NCBI GenBank assembly: GCA_035689625.1
Contig: DASSLH010000336.1
Location: 1-29,287 of the forward strand
Direction of reading: 5' to 3'
DNA: 29,287 bases
DNA from: Candidatus Methylomirabilota bacterium
Lineage (GTDB): Bacteria; Methylomirabilota; Methylomirabilia; Rokubacteriales; CSP1-6
Below, piece after piece: positions 25,592-29,287 of this stretch. Each line of letters starts with the position of its first letter. The first letter of the stretch is position 1. The notes under the pieces were generated by a model. That model was given only the letters and a program-made list of their open reading frames with translations. It searched no databases and was not told the origin of the DNA. A program made the translations under genes and the position numbers.

Positions 25592-25619
25592 CGGTCAGGA
25601 GTATAGTCCCGGTCAGGAG
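25592..25619 (+). repeat. 10-bp direct repeat CGGTCAGGAG x2 (25592-25601, 25610-25619) flanking TATAGT
   Basis: Exact repeat at 18-bp periodicity in the 49-bp divergent intergenic region. Confidence 0.8.
25600..25607. promoter_or_regulatory. Putative overlapping bidirectional -10 boxes: TATAGT (plus, 25602-25607) and TATACT (minus, 25605-25600)
   Basis: Two 5/6 matches to TATAAT on opposite strands between the ADH and FAH genes. Both genes have SD sequences (AGGAGG plus, GGAGG minus). Confidence 0.6.
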
Positions 25620-25628
25620 GCGACCCCC

Positions 25629-26558
25629 GTGAAACTCCTGTTCTTCGACGACTTCAAGCTGGGCGTGCTCAAGGGCGACACCGTCGTGGACGTGTCGGCC
25701 GCCGTGCGCGACGTGCCGCACACCGGGCCGCACGACCTCATCAACGGCGTGATCGCCGGCTTCGCGCAGGTTCGCGGCCGGCTGGAGGAGGCCGCCGCCA
25801 AGGGCAGCGGCGTGCCGCTGAGCCGGGTGAAGATCCGCCCGCCGCTGCCGCGGCCGGTCAACGTCGTCGCGATGGCCGTCAACTACATGGAGGACGGCAC
25901 CCGCAGCGAGCCGGCGCCGATCAACGCGTTCATGAAGTCGCCGGGCGCGATCATCGGCCAGGACGACACGATGGCGCTGCCCGACGTGCCCGCCACGATC
26001 TTCGAGGGCGAGGCCGAGCTGGCCCTCGTCATCGGCCGGCGCGCCTCCCACGTGCGGGCCGGCGAGGCGATGAGCTACGTCTTCGGCTACACCAACTTCA
26101 TCGACGGCTCCGCGCGCGGCCTGCTGCCGCCCGGCAACACCTTCTACCAGATGAAGTCGCGGGACACGTTCGCGCCGATCGGCCCGTACCTGGTCACCGC
26201 CGACGAGATCCGCGATCCGCACAACCTCAAGATCCAGCTCTGGGTCAACGGCCAGATCAAGCAGAGCTTCAGCACGAGCGACATGGCCCACAAGATCCCG
26301 CGCTGCCTGGAGTGGGTCACGTCCATCCACGCGCTGGAGCCGGGCGACATCCTGGCCACCGGCACCAACCACCGCGGGCTCAGCGCCTTCCAGGACGGCG
26401 ACCGCATCGAGCTCGAGGTCGAGGGGCTGGGGCGGCTGCGCATTGGCATTCGCGACGAGCTCAAGCGCACGTGGTCGCGCGAGACGCGCCTGGACCGCCA
26501 GAACAAGGGCCAGGAAGGGACGACGCCGCAGCTCAGCGGGAAATACGCGAAGGCGTAG
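25629..26558 (+). CDS. Fumarylacetoacetate hydrolase (FAH) family protein, 309 aa
   Basis: GTG at 25629 with an AGGAGG SD, inside track ORF 25554..26558. AMAVNY, FMKSPGAIIG, FEGEAELALVIG, KSRDTFAPIGP and LEPGDILATGT. Confidence 0.93.
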   Translation: MKLLFFDDFKLGVLKGDTVVDVSAAVRDVPHTGPHDLINGVIAGFAQVRGRLEEAAAKGSGVPLSRVKIRPPLPRPVNVVAMAVNYMEDGTRSEPAPINAFMKSPGAIIGQDDTMALPDVPATIFEGEAELALVIGRRASHVRAGEAMSYVFGYTNFIDGSARGLLPPGNTFYQMKSRDTFAPIGPYLVTADEIRDPHNLKIQLWVNGQIKQSFSTSDMAHKIPRCLEWVTSIHALEPGDILATGTNHRGLSAFQDGDRIELEVEGLGRLRIGIRDELKRTWSRETRLDRQNKGQEGTTPQLSGKYAKA

Positions 26559-26561
26559 CGG

Positions 26562-27515
26562 CTAGCCGCGGAACGCGGGCAGGACCTCGCGGGTGAAGCG
26601 CTCGACCTGCGCCGCCTGGTCGTCGCCGATGAAGCGCAGGCAGAGGTCGGTGACGCCGGCCGCCGCGTAGCGCTGCAGCGCCGCGATCACGACGTCGGCG
26701 GGGCCGAGGCCCATCAGCCCGCGCATGTGCACGCCGCCGCCGTAGTACGTCGCCAGGAACTCGCGGGTGTCACGCTCGGCGCGCGCGGGGTCGTCGTCCA
26801 TCCGCACCGTCGTGTACACGCACAGCGGGAACTCCCCCCGGGGCCGGCCGTGGCGCGCGAGCGCCTCCTCGGCGCGCCGCCGCACGACGCGGCAGTCCTC
26901 GGCGTCGAGGTACGTCGTGATGATGCCGTCGCCCAGGCGCGCGAAGCGCTCGAACTGGGCGGGGATCATCTCGGCACGGTTGCCGGCGGTGATCAGCACC
27001 GGCGGCCCCGCCGCGGTCCACGGCAGCGGGCCGATCGTGTGCTCGTCCAGCGCCCAGTCCTCCCCTGCCCGCGTGAGCGGCTCGCCGCGCCAGAGCGCGC
27101 GCCAGAGCTCGACGTGCTCCTCCAGGCGGCGCACGCGGCGCTTGTGGTCGGCGCCGCAGGCGGCCCACTCGCGCTCCGCCGACGGCAGGCTCCAGCCCAC
27201 GCCGAGCCCGAGCACGAGGCGGCCGCGCGAGATCTGGTCGACGTTGGCGAGCTGGTGCGCGAGCACCACGGGATGGCGCAGCGCCGGCAGCAGCACGGCG
27301 GTGCCCAGGCGCACCCGCTGCGTGATGCCGGCCAGGTAGGCGAGCGTGGTGATCGGCTCCAGGCGCGGCTTGGCGACGATGCTGTCGCCGACCCATACCG
27401 CGTCGTAACCGGCCTCGTCGGCCAGCCGCGCCAGCGCCCAGCACTCCTCCACCGGCGGGCGGGGCGCCGACTGCATGACGACGCCGCGCGTCGGGATCAG
27501 GACGCCGAGGCGCAT
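26562..27515 (-). CDS. LLM class (luciferase-like) flavin-dependent oxidoreductase, 317 aa
   Basis: LADEAGYDAVWVGDS, LAYLAGITQRVRLGTAVLLPALRHPVVLAHQLANVDQISRGRLVLGLGVGW and ARLGDG. Confidence 0.93.
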   Translation of the reverse strand: MRLGVLIPTRGVVMQSAPRPPVEECWALARLADEAGYDAVWVGDSIVAKPRLEPITTLAYLAGITQRVRLGTAVLLPALRHPVVLAHQLANVDQISRGRLVLGLGVGWSLPSAEREWAACGADHKRRVRRLEEHVELWRALWRGEPLTRAGEDWALDEHTIGPLPWTAAGPPVLITAGNRAEMIPAQFERFARLGDGIITTYLDAEDCRVVRRRAEEALARHGRPRGEFPLCVYTTVRMDDDPARAERDTREFLATYYGGGVHMRGLMGLGPADVVIAALQRYAAAGVTDLCLRFIGDDQAAQVERFTREVLPAFRG

Positions 27516-27525
27516 GGCGGGCGCG

Positions 27526-27843
27526 TCAGCGAGCGCGCCAGTGACCCTCGACCCAGACGTAGCCGCCCGGGCGCGGCGCCCAGTGCGGCGCGACCCAGAC
27601 GTAGCCCGGCTGCGCCGGCACCGCGTAGTGGCCGGCGACCCAGACGTAGGCGCCCCGACGCCAGGCCCAGTGACCCGGCACCCAGACGTAGGCGGGCCCC
27701 GGCGCGACCGGCACCGCCTCGACCCGCACCGGCGGCGGAGGCGGCGGCGAGGCGACGACGGCGGGCTCGGCGACGACGCAGCCGGAGAGCAGCAGCCCCA
27801 GGCACCCGGCCATGATAGCGCGGTGGACGAGGTGTCGGTTCAC
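27526..27843 (-). CDS. YXWGXW/WXXGXW-repeat lipoprotein, 105 aa
   Basis: GTG with a GGGAGG SD, lipobox LSGC and a Pro-rich linker. Four YVWVxxH(W/Y) units: YVWVPGHW, YVWVAGHY, YVWVAPHW and YVWVEGHW. Confidence 0.88.
   Translation of the reverse strand: MNRHLVHRAIMAGCLGLLLSGCVVAEPAVVASPPPPPPVRVEAVPVAPGPAYVWVPGHWAWRRGAYVWVAGHYAVPAQPGYVWVAPHWAPRPGGYVWVEGHWRAR
27551..27691 (+). repeat. Four exact copies of ACCCAGACGTAG (27551, 27593, 27638, 27680), the coding repeats of the YVWV motif
   Basis: Spacing of 42/45/42 nt, all multiples of 3, and all copies lie inside the lipoprotein CDS. Confidence 0.9.
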
Positions 27844-27891
27844 GCGTGAGATCCTCCCTGCTCGCTTCGACGAGCGCCGCCGTGCGCGTGT

Positions 27892-28785
27892 TTACACCTG
27901 GCCGGTCCAGGACGCGTCGGCCATCTCGCGCCAGCGCGCGCGGATGCGCGTGAAGTCCGTGGCGCCGAGCGCGCCGGCCGCCAGGGCGGCGGCGTTCTGC
28001 CGCCAGCGCGCCGGCTTCGTGGTGCCCACGATCGCGGTGTGCACGCCCGGCACGCTGAGCGTGAAACGCAGCGCCGTGGCCGCCCCGTCGGCGTCGCCGC
28101 GCAGGAAGTCGTAGTCGAGCGCCCGCAGGCGCGTCCAGTACGGTTGATAGTACGGCTCGGCCGGCTTGCGCGCATGGCGCCAGGCAGCGTTGGCCAGCGG
28201 CCGCTTGGCGACGACGCCGACGCCGCGCGCGGCGGCCAGCGGCAGCGTGAGCTCGATGGCCTCCTGGTCGGCGATGCTGACCGACGTCTGCAGCGTGTCG
28301 AAGCGCCCGCACTCGACGGCATACCGGGCGGCCTCGCCGTCGCCGCTGTAGCCGATGTAGCGCGCCAGGCCGCGCTCGCGCGCGCGCTCGAGCGCGGCGA
28401 TGACGTCGCCGCGGCGCAGCTCCTGCACCGAGCAGCTGTGCAGCTGGACGAGGTCGAGACGATCGGTGGCCAGGCGCTTGAGGCTGCGCTCGATGCTGGC
28501 CAGCAGCGCGGCCGGCCGCCAGTCCGCGCGGCTCCAGCCGCCCGCGTGCCCGCACTTCGTGAACAGATGGTAGTCGCAGCGCCGCGCGCCGACGGCGCGG
28601 CCGATCAGCACCTCGCTGTCCTCGTAGCACTCGGCGGTGTCGATCACGTTGAGGCCGGCGTCCAGCGCGCCGCCCAGCAGGCGGCTCACGGTGCGCTCGC
28701 TCACGCGCTGGTAGCCGATCTCCGAGCCGCCGAAGCCGAGCACGCTGACGTCCATGTCGGTCCGACCGAGGCGCCGCCGCTCCAT
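27892..28785 (-). CDS. Aldo/keto reductase, 297 aa
   Basis: ATG at 28785 (MERRRLGRTDMDVSVLGFGG). Catalytic tetrad context: IDTAECY, FTKCG and LVQLHS. Also SIERSLKRLATDRLD and IVGTTKP. Confidence 0.94.
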   Translation of the reverse strand: MERRRLGRTDMDVSVLGFGGSEIGYQRVSERTVSRLLGGALDAGLNVIDTAECYEDSEVLIGRAVGARRCDYHLFTKCGHAGGWSRADWRPAALLASIERSLKRLATDRLDLVQLHSCSVQELRRGDVIAALERARERGLARYIGYSGDGEAARYAVECGRFDTLQTSVSIADQEAIELTLPLAAARGVGVVAKRPLANAAWRHARKPAEPYYQPYWTRLRALDYDFLRGDADGAATALRFTLSVPGVHTAIVGTTKPARWRQNAAALAAGALGATDFTRIRARWREMADASWTGQV

Positions 28786-28791
28786 GCTTCG

Positions 28792-28797
28792 AGCATA
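28792..28797 (-). promoter_or_regulatory. Putative -10 (TATGCT) 6 nt upstream of the AKR ATG, implying a leaderless mRNA
   Basis: Minus strand reads TATGCT-cgaagc-ATG. No SD. Confidence 0.5.
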
Positions 28798-28883
28798 CCG
28801 CGTTGAATAGTTGCCAACCGCGCGCCGTCGAAGCCCACAGAAGCGAGGCGCCAGGGCCGGGCCCACCGGCAGGAGGAAACGCC

Positions 28884-29252
28884 ATGAAACGGTTCGCTCT
28901 CGCAGCGATGCTCGCGGTGCTGCTGCTCCCCGGGGTGGCGCTGGCCGGGCCGGCCACCGACGCCGCGCTCGGGCTGGGCGCCTTCGCCGTCTTCAACCAG
29001 ATCCTGTCGGGCACGGGCATCTTCGGCGCCGTCGCCGCGCCGGCTCCGGTCTACGCCGCGCCGGCGCCCGTGTACGTCGCGCCGCCGCCCCCGCCCGTCT
29101 ACGTGCCGCCGGCGCCGGTCTACATCGCGCCGCCGCCGCCGCCCGTCGCGTACTACCCGGCGCCGCCGGTCTACTACGGCCCGCGCGTGGTGTACGCTCC
29201 ACGCCGCCACGGCTGGGAGCGACACGAGCGCTGGGAGCATCGCCACTGGTGA
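28884..29252 (+). CDS. Secreted proline-rich (PXPV-repeat-like) protein, 122 aa
   Basis: ATG at 28884 with an AGGAGG SD. Signal peptide MKRFALAAMLAVLLLPGVALA, repeated P-(A/P)-P-V-Y units and an Arg/His/Trp-rich tail. Confidence 0.82.
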   Translation: MKRFALAAMLAVLLLPGVALAGPATDAALGLGAFAVFNQILSGTGIFGAVAAPAPVYAAPAPVYVAPPPPPVYVPPAPVYIAPPPPPVAYYPAPPVYYGPRVVYAPRRHGWERHERWEHRHW

Positions 29253-29287
29253 TCTTCGGTGACCGTCTCCCTTCCGGTTGCGTAGGC

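Noticed and set aside
27551-27691. Four regularly spaced exact 12-bp repeats resembling a mini-CRISPR array
   Set aside because: The repeats are too short, all spacings are multiples of 3, they encode the YVWV motif inside a lipoprotein CDS, and there are no cas genes.
27497-29020. 507-aa minus-strand ORF spanning the AKR and lipoprotein genes
   Set aside because: An off-frame reading of real genes on the same strand, with low-complexity Arg/Ala/Gly content.

Overview
GC-rich bacterial window that is almost fully coding, with 30 plausible CDS, and is dominated by solute uptake and catabolic enzymes. Transport genes: a Dpp/Opp-type SBP-permease-permease unit without an ATPase, two further family-5 SBPs, an orphan branched-chain-type SBP, a complete NitT/TauT ABC system and three MFS transporters. 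Enzymes: a stand-alone acyl-CoA carboxyltransferase, a serine hydrolase, a two-component flavin monooxygenase pair, two luciferase-like monooxygenases, an enoyl-CoA hydratase, a Zn-alcohol dehydrogenase, an FAH-family hydrolase, an aldo/keto reductase, an SDR, a GNAT and a NIPSNAP protein. Two Pro-rich repeat envelope proteins are also present. Gene content and style resemble Candidatus Rokubacteria/Methylomirabilota (inference only). The standout is a DUF222-HNH endonuclease gene (9813-11063) that looks compositionally foreign. Its 240-bp upstream region ends in three consecutive tetraloop hairpins (UUCG, GAAA, GAGA), the last folding over the Shine-Dalgarno. This suggests a mobile HNH element with a structured RNA leader or partner RNA. 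Window-wide patterns: overlapping bidirectional -10 boxes with apparently leaderless starts, seven convergent junctions with no room for a terminator, and no recognisable transcription factor. No rRNA, tRNA or CRISPR array was seen. Many long ORFs in the supplied track are GC shadow frames, and several true starts lie inside them. All family assignments come from motif recognition, not from database searches.
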